Assembly (NCBI GenBank): GCA_965204535.1
Contig: CBDBEV010000001.1
Span: 96,001-160,000 of the forward strand
Direction: 5' to 3'
DNA: 64,000 bases
Source of the DNA: a bacterium
GTDB lineage: Bacteria; UBA8248
Made by a program: the position numbers and the translations under genes. Below are positions 1 through 9,713 of this stretch, in pieces (the first letter of the stretch is position 1; the number at the start of each line of letters is the position of its first letter). The notes beneath the pieces were generated by a model that was given only the letters and a program-made list of their open reading frames with translations, was not told the origin of the DNA and did not search any database.

Positions 1-1229
1 GTGAGGATGGAAGGCAAATAGTGGTTCGGGAACATATGGGGACCGCTCATGTCGAGCAGAATCATGTCCGCCCGCTTGCCCACTTCGATGGAGCCTATCT
101 CCGCTTCCAGGCCGAGCGCGCGCGCCCCGTTTCGAGTGGCCATGTCGAGCACCTCCTGCGCCGTGATGGCGGCGGGGTCCTGGTGCACCCCCTTGTGGAG
201 CAGACAGGCGAGACGCATCTCCCAGAACATGTTGGCGAGATCATTGCAATTCGCATTGTCCGTACCCAAGGCCACGGGAATGCCGTAACCCAGCATCCGC
301 GGCACGGGCGATATCCCGGAGCCGAGATACATGTTGCTCGAGGGCAGGTGCACGGCCTGCGTGCCGGATTCCTTGAGGAGCCTTATGTCTTCCTCGCTCA
401 GGTGGATACAGTGGCCCGCCACCAGGCGCTCCGAGAGCAGGCCCCAGGCGGCGAGATGCTGCACCACGGGAAGGCCGCCCACTTCCGATTCCATGGGGTC
501 TTCCGAGACGTGCGTGGAGACGCGAAGGCCGCGCGCTCCGGCCCATTCGTCCACCTCGCGGAAGGTCTCGGGCTTCACGTAGACGGGGATGTTCGGCCCC
601 GGCCAGACGAGAACCCGGCCATTTGAGCGGCCGTGGTACTTATCCACCAGATGGGAAGTCTCCTCGAACACTTCATCCCTCGTCTTGAGGCTCGGCGGAA
701 AGGTCTTTCCCCAGGCGGCGATGTGGGAGTGCGCCCGCTCGGCGAGCTTTCCCGAAGGGGACATCTCGTTGAAGCTCAAGGCGAAGACGCTCCGCATGCC
801 GGAATCGTCCATGGCCTCTATCATCGCCTCGGCCAGCGGGACGGGGATGCGCTCGTTCGTCACCACCGCCGTGGTGCCCGAGCGAATCGCCTCGCACGCG
901 AAGAGTTTTACGGAGAGCGCCGCATCCTCGGGCGTATAGGCCACCTGGCCGGGCGCCATGACGTTCAGGCGCCAGTCCATCAGCCGCCTGTCCGCACCCA
1001 GACCGCCCCGCAAAAGAATGCACATGATGTGGCTGTGGGCGTTCACCAGCCCCGGCATGAGCGCCATCCCCTCGCCGTCGATCACCTCTGCCGCGCCTGC
1101 GTTTATCCCGGATTCCGATATCGCGGCGACACGGCCATCCTCGACGAGCACCGACCCACGAGGGATGACCTCGCGCGCCTCGTTCTGCGTGAGGACGCAG
1201 GCGTTTTCGATCACGAAACGACCCGCCAT
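1..1229 (-). CDS. Metal-dependent amidohydrolase (MtaD/Atz-type deaminase family), 3' end outside the window
   Basis: Absent from the ORF track because it has no stop in the window. Manual translation from ATG 1229 gives MAGRFVIENACVLTQNEAREVIPRGSVLVEDGRVAAI...MPGLVNAHSHIM, the typical PGLVNxHxH motif. Confidence 0.85.
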   Translation of the reverse strand, partial: MAGRFVIENACVLTQNEAREVIPRGSVLVEDGRVAAISESGINAGAAEVIDGEGMALMPGLVNAHSHIMCILLRGGLGADRRLMDWRLNVMAPGQVAYTPEDAALSVKLFACEAIRSGTTAVVTNERIPVPLAEAMIEAMDDSGMRSVFALSFNEMSPSGKLAERAHSHIAAWGKTFPPSLKTRDEVFEETSHLVDKYHGRSNGRVLVWPGPNIPVYVKPETFREVDEWAGARGLRVSTHVSEDPMESEVGGLPVVQHLAAWGLLSERLVAGHCIHLSEEDIRLLKESGTQAVHLPSSNMYLGSGISPVPRMLGYGIPVALGTDNANCNDLANMFWEMRLACLLHKGVHQDPAAITAQEVLDMATRNGARALGLEAEIGSIEVGKRADMILLDMSGPHMFPNHYLPSIL

Positions 1230-1373
1230 GGGGGAAACCTCCGCTTTGGTGTTTTCCTGAGAATACGACAATCGGGCGGATTTGAATATCCCCGCCGGAG
1301 CCGCACCTTGCCAGAGAGGGAAAAGAGCATTATTAGTGTGAGAAAGCACCCGACAATCCGAGGAGAGACACCG

Positions 1374-1769
1374 ATGTCCAAGATCAAGTTCCTGCAGCAC
1401 TTCAGCATTTATTGCCGGGATTTGCCGGCCATGCACAAGTTTTATAACGAAATCCTGGGACTGCCCGAAATGCCCCGGCCTCACTTCCCCTTCCCGGGCT
1501 ATTGGTACGAGGCGGGTGAGGACCACCAGATCCACCTCGCCAAAGTGAGCGACACGCACGTCAAGCATTCCATCAGCGACAACGAAGACAGCTATATGGA
1601 CCACCACTTCGGGATGGTGACCGAGGATCTGGCAGGTATGAAAGAACGGCTCAAGTCGCACGGCATCCCGTTCCACGACGAGCCTTACGGGTATCCCCAA
1701 ATCTTCTTTAGAGACCCGGAAAACAACCTGATCGAGGTCGCGTCCACGGCGATGTTCGACATGGAGTAA
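1374..1769 (+). CDS. VOC/glyoxalase family protein
   Basis: 3' part of ORF 633..1769, with AGGAG RBS before ATG 1374. Motifs HFSI, QIHL, HHFG and QIFFRDPENNLIEV. Confidence 0.85.
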   Translation: MSKIKFLQHFSIYCRDLPAMHKFYNEILGLPEMPRPHFPFPGYWYEAGEDHQIHLAKVSDTHVKHSISDNEDSYMDHHFGMVTEDLAGMKERLKSHGIPFHDEPYGYPQIFFRDPENNLIEVASTAMFDME

Positions 1770-1905
1770 CGCGCGCGAGGCGCGGGGGTGGGTGCGCACT
1801 CCGCCGTGATCCCCTCATGCACGGGCGGTGAAGCTCATAAACACGGCATAGAAGCGCCATCGCCGGCGCATCCACGTTTTTCCGCTGATTTCTGGAGATA
1901 ACGCC

Positions 1906-2298
1906 ATGCCATTTCAAAAATTCCACACCACGCAGGTGACCGCCGGGGCGGGCAGCTATTCCCAGGGCCTCCTGGCGGGCAGGACGCTCTATCTCGCGGG
2001 TCAGACCGGAGAGGGACTCGACGGCACACCGCCCGCACTCGGCGACGCCGCCGCCCAGGCGCGTCAGGCGTGCGAGAACATCCGTCAGCTTCTTGCTGAG
2101 GCGGGCGGCGACCTCTCCCACGTCGTGAAGCTCACGAACTACATCACCGACAGGGCGTACCGAAAACCCGTATACGCGGTGATCGCGGAATACTTCGGCC
2201 CCCATGCGCCCGCAAGCACGGGCGTGATCGTGGACGGGCTGGCTTCCGAGGATTTTCTCGTCGAAATCGACGCCACGGCCTATCTGCCAGAGGCCTGA
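1906..2298 (+). CDS. Rid (YjgF/YER057c/UK114) family protein
   Basis: YSQG...LYLAGQ...PAST...VEIDA. The catalytic Arg of the RidA PAR motif is replaced (PAS), as in Rid4-7 types. Confidence 0.85.
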   Translation: MPFQKFHTTQVTAGAGSYSQGLLAGRTLYLAGQTGEGLDGTPPALGDAAAQARQACENIRQLLAEAGGDLSHVVKLTNYITDRAYRKPVYAVIAEYFGPHAPASTGVIVDGLASEDFLVEIDATAYLPEA

Positions 2299-2406
2299 GG
2301 AAATAACGCGTATTGAGAAATGCGCCTCAACAAGGCAGAATAGGGACACATACAGACCGGTTCGCAAGCAGCCCGTGAGGCTGAGTCCTTTCAGAGGAGA
2401 GGGATC

Positions 2407-3993
2407 ATGACCGAATCTTACGATGGATTGTTCGTCGGCGGCGGACACAACAGCCTGGTATGCGCCGCCTATCTGGCGAAAGCCGGAAAAAAGGTAGCCG
2501 TTCTGGAACGCGCAAGTGTCGCCGGCGGGGGCTGCTCCACGCACGAAGTCACCCTACCGGGCTTCAAGCACAACCTGCACTCGAATTACTATGTGGGTCT
2601 GGAGAGAAGTCCCATCCTGCGCGATCTGGAACTCCACGAATACGGCTTCAGCCTCATCTTCCCGGAGTTTCAGCAAGGCTGCATCTTCAGCGACGGCACG
2701 GCGTTCGTCATCCACCGCGACGTGGAGAAGACCATCAAGTCGATCGAACGCATCAACCGCAACGACGCGAGAACCTACCGCGACCTCCACGTCAAGTTCA
2801 CCGAGGGGATGCTCGACATCATCACCTCCTTCATGTACTGCGCCCCCCTGCCGCCCGAGGAGTTGAAAGAGCGCTTCGCGGGGCCGCTGGGCCGTGAGTT
2901 CTTAAGCTACACGAACTTGAGCATGTACGAGGCGGTGGACCAGCATTTCGAGGACGAAAAGCTGCGCGTGCTCTTCAAGCTCTTCCTCGGCTCCTTCACC
3001 CTCGAGAACACGCCCACGACCGGCATTTTCTTCCCGCGTATCTTCTCGCGCATCGCGAGCTTCGCCCTGCCCGTGGGTGGGTCGGTGAACTTCACGCGCG
3101 CGCTCGAGCGCGTGGTCGAGCGAGGCGGCGGCAAGGTGTTCACGAATGCGGAGGTTCGCGAGATCACGGTGGAAAGCGGGGACGCCACCGGTGTCATCCT
3201 GGACGACGGCACACGCATCGATGCCACCGAGTTCGTGGCGAGCGGTGTGAACTGGCCGCTCACGGTGCGTCTGGCCGGGGAGGATTACTTCGGCGGCAAG
3301 CTCGCCAGAGCAGCTCTCGAGTATCAGTGGGCGAGCCACGGGCTGTGCACCATCCACCTGGCGCTCAAGGAAGCGCCCGATTTCAAGGCGGCGAAATTCG
3401 AGCCCGACGTCAACAAGACGTTCAACATCTTCTGGGGCGCGGACTCGACCAAAGAGATCGACGCGTGCTTCGAGACGATCCACGACGGCGAACTTCCCAA
3501 GCTCATGGGCAACGGCGGCAGCAACAGCCACTTCGACCCGACCTACTCGCCGGACGGCACGCACGTGGGCTACTGGTGGCCGTTTGCGCCCTTTGAACTC
3601 AAAGACGGCGGCGCCGAGGCTTGGGACGCGCGGCGCGAGGAGTACACCCAGCACTTCATCGACTCATGGACGCCTTACGCGCCCAACATCAACCAAGACA
3701 ACATCATGGGCAGCTATCTCTACACGCCGCTCGACATCGTGCGCATGAACCCGAACTTCGTCCGCGCGAGTCATCACGTGGGCGCCTACATCCCCGAGCA
3801 GTTGGGGCACAACCGCCCGCATCCGGACGTGAGCGACTTCCGCACGCCGATCGGGAAACTCTATCTCTGCGGTTCAAGCTCGCACGTGGGCGGCGCGGTG
3901 ACGGGAGCGCCCGGCTACAACTGCGCGAACGCGATCGCGGAGGATCTGGAAATCGACCGCTTCTGGGCGCCCGTGGAAACCATGATGGCCTGA
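2407..3993 (+). CDS. FAD-dependent oxidoreductase, phytoene desaturase-like (COG1233 type)
   Basis: N-terminal GGGHNSLVCAAYLAKAG..VLE dinucleotide-binding motif and C-terminal RTPIGKLYLCGSSSHVGGAVTGAPGYNCA. Confidence 0.85.
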   Translation: MTESYDGLFVGGGHNSLVCAAYLAKAGKKVAVLERASVAGGGCSTHEVTLPGFKHNLHSNYYVGLERSPILRDLELHEYGFSLIFPEFQQGCIFSDGTAFVIHRDVEKTIKSIERINRNDARTYRDLHVKFTEGMLDIITSFMYCAPLPPEELKERFAGPLGREFLSYTNLSMYEAVDQHFEDEKLRVLFKLFLGSFTLENTPTTGIFFPRIFSRIASFALPVGGSVNFTRALERVVERGGGKVFTNAEVREITVESGDATGVILDDGTRIDATEFVASGVNWPLTVRLAGEDYFGGKLARAALEYQWASHGLCTIHLALKEAPDFKAAKFEPDVNKTFNIFWGADSTKEIDACFETIHDGELPKLMGNGGSNSHFDPTYSPDGTHVGYWWPFAPFELKDGGAEAWDARREEYTQHFIDSWTPYAPNINQDNIMGSYLYTPLDIVRMNPNFVRASHHVGAYIPEQLGHNRPHPDVSDFRTPIGKLYLCGSSSHVGGAVTGAPGYNCANAIAEDLEIDRFWAPVETMMA

Positions 3994-4038
3994 AGATATT
4001 GATTTGATTCGCGTTTCACGAGGAAAGGATAAAATTTC

Positions 4039-4749
4039 ATGGAATTGATCGACCTCTCACAAACTGTGGCGGCGGGCGGATTCGAGCGTCCGTTTCATCC
4101 CAAGGTGGCCATTGAGCCGATGATGACGCACGAGGAGTCTTCCAAAAAATTTCTGGGGAAATTCTCCTTTGCGGCCATGAAGCTCACGCTGTCCGACCAC
4201 ACCGGAAGCCACGTCGACGCCCTGAACCACTACGTGCCCGGAGACGCGCCTTCCATCGACCAGTTGCCGCTGGAGCGTTTTTATTCGAGCGCGATTTGCG
4301 TGGATTTCTCGGACGTCGCGCCCAAGACCTACATCGAAACCGAACATATCGAGCGCGAACTGGGAAAACACGGGCTCGCCATCGAAGAAGGCGACGCCTT
4401 TTTGTACTACACGGGCCACTTCGAGAAGTCCTTCAAGGACCCGGATCCCGATGTATGGTGGAAGGAATTCGCGGGCCTGAGCCGGCCCGCCACCGAGTAT
4501 CTCGCCGATCGCGGGGTGCGTAACATCGGCTGTGAGGCGTTCACGATAGAAAACCCCACGCAGATGTTTCCCGAATCGGAAGAACCCTACCCCTCTCACC
4601 AGGTGTGCAAGGAGCGGGGTATGCTCAACACGGAGAATCTGGTGATTCCCAAACGCCTGGTGGGCAAGCGCTTCACCTTCCTGTGCCTGCCCATCAAGCT
4701 GAAAGACGCTACCGGCTCGCCCGTGCGCGCCGTAGCGGTGCTGGACTGA
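4039..4749 (+). CDS. Cyclase family protein (kynurenine formamidase-like)
   Basis: HTGSHVDA motif, ENL, and C-terminal GSPVRAVA. Confidence 0.88.
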   Translation: MELIDLSQTVAAGGFERPFHPKVAIEPMMTHEESSKKFLGKFSFAAMKLTLSDHTGSHVDALNHYVPGDAPSIDQLPLERFYSSAICVDFSDVAPKTYIETEHIERELGKHGLAIEEGDAFLYYTGHFEKSFKDPDPDVWWKEFAGLSRPATEYLADRGVRNIGCEAFTIENPTQMFPESEEPYPSHQVCKERGMLNTENLVIPKRLVGKRFTFLCLPIKLKDATGSPVRAVAVLD

Positions 4750-4750
4750 A

Positions 4751-5641
4751 TTATAGGCCGAAGCCGAAGAGCGCGTTCGCGTTTCCGAAGGCGGCCTTTT
4801 CGATCTCCGCCTCGGCGATGCCGCCCCGACGCATGGCGCGAATCGCCCGGGGAATGCAGTAAAGATCGTTCGAGGTGTAGGGGATGAGGTCCGAGTTGAG
4901 CATCATGCGCTCTGCCCCGTGACGCCGAACCCACTCCACGACGGCGGCGGGAGGAATCGGACGAAGCCTGCTCCCGAGACTCGTCGCGCACCAGGCACCC
5001 GTCTGTTCGTGAACGAAATCCACTATCGTCGCATCCACGTGGTCGATGACGAGCAAGGAGTGGTCGAGACCTGCGGCGTCGATGACTTCCAGGTCCATCT
5101 TCAGGTAATGGAGCCTGAATTCCTCGGGCGAAATATCTCCCTGCGTATCCACGCCGCCCAGGAATTCTTGCGGGTTTTTATAGGTAGGCGTATGAAGAAT
5201 CAGGGGCTTTTTCAGTTCCGCCGCGAGGCACGCCTGCGCTTCGAGACACTTGGCCTGTTCTTCCAAATCCCAGGAAAAACCGAAATACTGGCCCGGATCG
5301 AGACCCACTTCGCCAAGGGCGGCAACCCTTTGGCTTTCCAGATAGCCGGGTAGCGCGTCGATGAGCCGCTCCCAATCGTCCACCCGCGTCATCGAACTGA
5401 CGCCCACGGCGCACATGGCGCGAATGTGGTGTTTGGCTTCGGCGGCCTCGGCCATCCGGAGAGGACTCTCCCAAAGCCTCCTCACGTCTTCCGGCCCGGG
5501 CGGGCGCTTCCATATCTCGCGGTGCACGTGGGGGTTCCCGCAGGAGAGGACGGAACCCACCATCCCGCACATGCCCTGGAGTTCCCAGTCGTCGAAACTG
5601 AATCCATGCAGGTGGTTGTGGCAGTCGATGAACCTGTCCAT
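4751..5641 (-). CDS. TatD-family metal-dependent hydrolase
   Basis: DCHNH, ALGEVGLD, PLILHTP, VIDHV and LNSD motifs. Confidence 0.8.
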   Translation of the reverse strand: MDRFIDCHNHLHGFSFDDWELQGMCGMVGSVLSCGNPHVHREIWKRPPGPEDVRRLWESPLRMAEAAEAKHHIRAMCAVGVSSMTRVDDWERLIDALPGYLESQRVAALGEVGLDPGQYFGFSWDLEEQAKCLEAQACLAAELKKPLILHTPTYKNPQEFLGGVDTQGDISPEEFRLHYLKMDLEVIDAAGLDHSLLVIDHVDATIVDFVHEQTGAWCATSLGSRLRPIPPAAVVEWVRRHGAERMMLNSDLIPYTSNDLYCIPRAIRAMRRGGIAEAEIEKAAFGNANALFGFGL

Positions 5642-5642
5642 T

Positions 5643-6434
5643 TTATGCCTCAGGTTTTCTCACCAGAAAGGCGTAGCGATTGAGACTGAAAAAATACTCG
5701 CCGCGCTCGCCGAGCGCCGTCAAATCCTCCGCCCAGGCTTTGGCCTCTTCCTTCGCCACGCCGCCCACTCGGATGACGAAGGGCACGATGACGCTCACCA
5801 TCCCGTGGCTGTAGTTCTCCGCAGGATACTCCGTATTGAGAAGCGGCAAAACCCTCAAGTCTAAAATCTCGAAGCCGGCATTTTGCAGCAGGGACGATAG
5901 CCTTCTCGGCAGGTGGGGGTCCGCCAGATGCGCGTCCCATGCGGTGAAAATCCGCTTCGCCCGTTCGGCGTCCTGCGCGTTCCACACGAGCGAGCCCCAA
6001 TCGGTGTCCATGATGAGGGCGCGGCCACCCGGCCGCAGGACGCGGAAAAGCTCCGCCAGGGCGGCTTCCATGTCGGTGACGTATTCATACACCTGGGAGA
6101 TGATGGCCGCATCGAAACCGCCATCCTCGAAAGGGAGGCTCAGCGCGTCGGCCTCGCGGAACGACACCTGCGGCTGCGATGCGCATCGCTTCTCGGCGAG
6201 GGCGAGCATGGGCGCGCTCTTGTCCACGCCCAAAACGGCGCCCCCCTCCCCCACCATGCGCCCGGCTTCCAGCGTCATGAAGCCGGGGCCGGAACCCAAA
6301 TCGAGCACGCGCTCACCCGGCCGGGGAGCGATCATCTCCAGAAGGACGCCTCGCTGCGCGGCCACGTCCGCCGTCGTGTAAACGGCCTCGACGCGCCGTG
6401 CCGCTTTCTCATCAAAACCGGGGGGCTGGCTCAT
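5643..6434 (-). CDS. Class I SAM-dependent methyltransferase (UbiE/ArsM-like)
   Basis: VLDLGSGPG motif I, DALSLPF, FD and RVLRPGG. Confidence 0.88.
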   Translation of the reverse strand: MSQPPGFDEKAARRVEAVYTTADVAAQRGVLLEMIAPRPGERVLDLGSGPGFMTLEAGRMVGEGGAVLGVDKSAPMLALAEKRCASQPQVSFREADALSLPFEDGGFDAAIISQVYEYVTDMEAALAELFRVLRPGGRALIMDTDWGSLVWNAQDAERAKRIFTAWDAHLADPHLPRRLSSLLQNAGFEILDLRVLPLLNTEYPAENYSHGMVSVIVPFVIRVGGVAKEEAKAWAEDLTALGERGEYFFSLNRYAFLVRKPEA

Positions 6435-6819
6435 GCGGCGCTTTCTCTCATCGTTTCATTGCCTTTTCAGTCGAAACCGATTCAATTCAATTTGTTCTTA
6501 ACACAAAAACGGACGGGATGTCCGGTGTCGGGGAGGCATGCGGGGTTGTTGAAGAAGCCCTTGCGGGTCCTGCTCGACCAAGGAGAAGAAAAAAACTCCC
6601 CACCTGGAGGGGCCTGTTGAAAAAGTCCCGTGGAGCGATTTTGGTTGAGCGCACGCTTTTGAAGTTCACTCCCCCCTTGAGGGGGAGTCGATGAAGCCGA
6701 GCGGTTTGTGCGAAGGCGGAATCGGTGGGGGGTGAATCGCGTTTTATCGCCATTCCGAATTATACCCCCCACCGAATCGCTTGCGGACTTACGCCCTTAG
6801 CTCTTCGACTCCCCCTCAA

Positions 6820-6988
6820 GGGCTTGTTGATAAACCCCGAGAGGAAAATTTGTTTGTGTGTAGGGGTCGCATATATGCGACCCTGATTTTTTTGCCCACT
6901 ACAAGGGCCGCATGTATGCGGCCCCTACAAAACCGCCCCTCCTCGGTCGCACAAAACCCTCGTTCATCAGGACTTTTTCAACAGGCCC
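6820..6988. mobile_element. 169-bp non-autonomous MITE with IS-like terminal IRs and 5-bp target duplication
   Basis: Ends GGGCTTGTTGATAAACC and GGACTTTTTCAACAGGCCC are flanked by CTCAA at 6815-6819 and 6989-6993. Removing it restores a perfect 24-nt inverted copy of 6668-6691. Confidence 0.7.
6859..6929. repeat. Inverted doublet of GTAG-type REP palindromes (REPIN-like)
   Basis: TGTAGGGGTCGCATATATGCGACCCT (6859-6884) and the inverted copy TGTAGGGGCCGCATACATGCGGCCCT (6929-6904), with a compensatory T-A/C-G stem change. Confidence 0.8.
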
Positions 6989-7247
6989 CTCAAGGGGGGA
7001 GTTTTCCCCTCTCCTTGGGCAATAGTAACCCTCAAGGGGGAGTGATTCATTTTTCTTAGGGCTTTTCCAACAGCCCCGTATACGTCCCCTGCAAACAGCA
7101 TCCCCATAGCCTTTCCCGCGAGAAACACATAGATGCGGCCCGCCGGTTTCCTCCCGAATGACCCCTCCGCCATTGACGCGCGTTTTCCCCAGAACCTATA
7201 AGCCTAATGAAAGCATTTTTCGCGCTCCCGTCATCAATGGACTCTCC

Positions 7248-8444
7248 ATGGCCCCATCGAAAATATTCAACCTTTTCGCGATCGCGGGCAGCCACGCCGT
7301 CAACGCCTTCTACACGCAGCTTCTCATACCCGTACTCCCGCTCATCGTCGCTGAATTCGAACTCAACTACGTGCAGGCGGGCCTCATCGTGACAACCTAT
7401 TCGGTGGCGAACAGCGTCTTTCAGTTCCCCCTTTCCTTCATATCGGACTACACCCGGCGCTGGCGGACGGTCCTGGCGCTTTCCCTGCTCACGCAGGCGC
7501 TGCCCGTTCTGCTCTACGGCTACGCGGCGAACTACTCCCTGCTGCTGCTGTTCGTCTTCATCGGCGGCATCGGGAGCGCGGCCTATCACCCGCCGGCCGT
7601 GGCGCTCATCACGCGCGAGTTGCCCGAGAGGCGCGGTTTCTGCACGGGCCTGTTCAACGGCGGTGGCGAAATGGGGAACATCATCTCGCCCGCCATCGTC
7701 GGCTGGCTCGCCGTCTACCTGGCGAGTTGGCGCATGGCGGCGCAGTTCTACGTCATACCCGGCATCATCTGGGCGGCGCTCATCTGGTTCCGATTTCAGG
7801 ATCAACTCGGAGAGCGCCTCCCCTTCCGCCAGGCGGCGAGGTCCACTTTCGGCGCCCTGTTCCGAAACAAGTCTCTCATGCTCCTCATCGCCCTCTCCTC
7901 GTTCCGGATCATGGGCTTTCGCGGCTTCATGGCTTTTTTGCCGCTTCTTCTGGCGGAGCAATTCGGCTTCGACACCAAAGGGGTGGGTTGGCTGCTAAGC
8001 GCCTATTTTCTCATCGGTTCGACAATGTCCATCATCATCGGCAGGTGGTCGGACAAAACAGGCAGGACGAAGCTCATCGTCGTGCTCACCTTCATGTGCG
8101 CCACCGCTATGGCCTCTCTCACCTGGGTCGCAAGCCTCACGACGCTGTTGCTCGCGCTTTTCGCCGTCGCCTGCATCCTCACGCCGGTGCCCACCCTGGT
8201 GCTGGCCGTCGGCACGGAACTCGTGGACGAGCGGGTGCGCTCGAGTTCGGTGGGAATGATCTATGGCTTCAACGAGGCGGCCAGTGCGCTATCGCCGCTC
8301 GTCGGCGGCCTCGTGGCCGAAGCGATGGGGCTTCAAATGGCGTTCACCTTCTACGCCTCGATGTTCGTTATCGGCGGGTTCATCGCCATCTTCCTGCATA
8401 AAGAAAGCGTCCTGCAGCCCCAGACGCAAGGGGGCGAGACATGA
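7248..8444 (+). CDS. MFS transporter
   Basis: About 12 hydrophobic segments, GRWSDKTGR motif A and YHPP. Start at ATG 7248 is inferred (ORF is open from 7158). Confidence 0.85.
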   Translation: MAPSKIFNLFAIAGSHAVNAFYTQLLIPVLPLIVAEFELNYVQAGLIVTTYSVANSVFQFPLSFISDYTRRWRTVLALSLLTQALPVLLYGYAANYSLLLLFVFIGGIGSAAYHPPAVALITRELPERRGFCTGLFNGGGEMGNIISPAIVGWLAVYLASWRMAAQFYVIPGIIWAALIWFRFQDQLGERLPFRQAARSTFGALFRNKSLMLLIALSSFRIMGFRGFMAFLPLLLAEQFGFDTKGVGWLLSAYFLIGSTMSIIIGRWSDKTGRTKLIVVLTFMCATAMASLTWVASLTTLLLALFAVACILTPVPTLVLAVGTELVDERVRSSSVGMIYGFNEAASALSPLVGGLVAEAMGLQMAFTFYASMFVIGGFIAIFLHKESVLQPQTQGGET

Positions 8445-9646
8445 GCCGGGCACAGGAACTCGACGCGAGTTTAGGTGAAGGCGGCCCGGCGCAGGATATC
8501 CCCTGGGGCGCACTCGCCATCCTGTTCACCGCCCACTTCGTGGTGGACGGCACGGTGAATTTCATCGCGCCGCTCCTGCCCCTGATTCGCGAGCAATTCC
8601 AGGTCTCACTCTCAACGGGCGGCTTGTTGCTCACCTTCGTCTCGATGAGCGCGGCGCTCTCACAACCCGTAACGGCGATTCTGGTGGACCGCTGGCCGAC
8701 GCTCCCCTGGCTCGCCGTGGGGATGGTGGGCAGCGCGCTTTTCATCACCTCCATCGGCTGGGCGCCCAACTTCACGGCCCTCACCGTCATGGCCGCGGTC
8801 GGCGGTTCGATGGTCGGCCTCTGCCACCCGGACATGGCGTCGCGCGCGGGCGCGCTCTCCGAATACCGGAAGGGACTCGTGGTGAGCGTCTTCATCGCCG
8901 GAGGGCGCGTGGGTCACGGGCTGGGGCCCGTCATCGCCATCGGCATCGTCTCGCTCGGGGGGGACATGAAATGGCTCTGGTCGTTCACCCTGGTCGCCGT
9001 CGCCATGGCCCTGGCGGTGAAATACGGGCTGCCGAAACCCGAATCGCCCCCGGGACGCGGCGACAAGAAAGCCTCTATCTGGGATTTCGTAACAGCGCTT
9101 CGTACAGCGGGCACACCGCTACTTCTGCTCTCCGGCGTCACGATTTGCCGCGCCGTCGTGAACATCAATTTCATCAGCCTGATTCCCTCGCTCTACGCCG
9201 AACACGGCATGAGCATCTGGAGCGGCGGGGCGGCCAGCGCCATTATGCTCACTTCGGGCGCAGTGGGTGTCCTGGCGGGCGGTGTCCTGGGAGACCGTTT
9301 CGGGAAGAAAGAACTCATCGTCGGCGGTATCGGCCTGGGCGCCCTGTGCGTCTGTGCGTTTTTGATTGCGCCGCCCGAGTGGGGCTTCGTGCTGCTGGCT
9401 TTCCTGGGCGTCGCCACCTACCTCCCGATGGGGGTGACGATGGCCTTCGCCCAGCAACTCATGCCCCACAACCGGGGTCTGGCCAGTTCCATCACGCTCG
9501 GACTCTCGTGGTTCATCGCGAGCCTTTCGGTCTACCCGATGTCCGTTCTCGGCGAGTGGTTCGGCCTGGCCAACGCCTTCTGGGCGCTGCCCGGCTTTTT
9601 CATCGCCGCCTGCGCGTTCGCGCTATTCCTGCCGAGAGTCCGATGA
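8441..9646 (+). CDS. MFS transporter (Fsr-like)
   Basis: HFVVDG..NFIAPLLP start, GVLGDRFGKK motif, and ATGA overlap with the upstream MFS. Confidence 0.85.
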   Translation: MSRAQELDASLGEGGPAQDIPWGALAILFTAHFVVDGTVNFIAPLLPLIREQFQVSLSTGGLLLTFVSMSAALSQPVTAILVDRWPTLPWLAVGMVGSALFITSIGWAPNFTALTVMAAVGGSMVGLCHPDMASRAGALSEYRKGLVVSVFIAGGRVGHGLGPVIAIGIVSLGGDMKWLWSFTLVAVAMALAVKYGLPKPESPPGRGDKKASIWDFVTALRTAGTPLLLLSGVTICRAVVNINFISLIPSLYAEHGMSIWSGGAASAIMLTSGAVGVLAGGVLGDRFGKKELIVGGIGLGALCVCAFLIAPPEWGFVLLAFLGVATYLPMGVTMAFAQQLMPHNRGLASSITLGLSWFIASLSVYPMSVLGEWFGLANAFWALPGFFIAACAFALFLPRVR

Positions 9647-9668
9647 TTCACGCGCATAAAACGCGCAT

Positions 9669-9702
9669 AAAAAAAGACGGCCCTCGAGGAGCCGCCTTTT
9701 CT
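9669..9702. terminator. Probable bidirectional intrinsic terminator
   Basis: A-run, imperfect GC stem (GACGGCCCTCGAGGAGCCGCC) and T-run between convergent genes. Confidence 0.5.
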
Positions 9703-9713
9703 GTTCGCTTCGC

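Larger units (their letters stand above)
6526..7093. repeat. Nested inverted-repeat cluster (MITE/REP-like elements inserted into one another)
   Basis: IR pairs: 6541-6561/7058-7078 (18/21), 6607-6628/6970-6991 (22/22), 6668-6691 versus a split copy at 6805-6819 plus 6994-7002, and 6723-6733/6764-6774. Confidence 0.85.

Noticed and set aside
6526-7093. Repeat cluster as a CRISPR array or as short coding ORFs
   Set aside because: The repeats are inverted and nested rather than regularly spaced direct repeats, and no cas genes are present. The ORFs are translations of palindromes.
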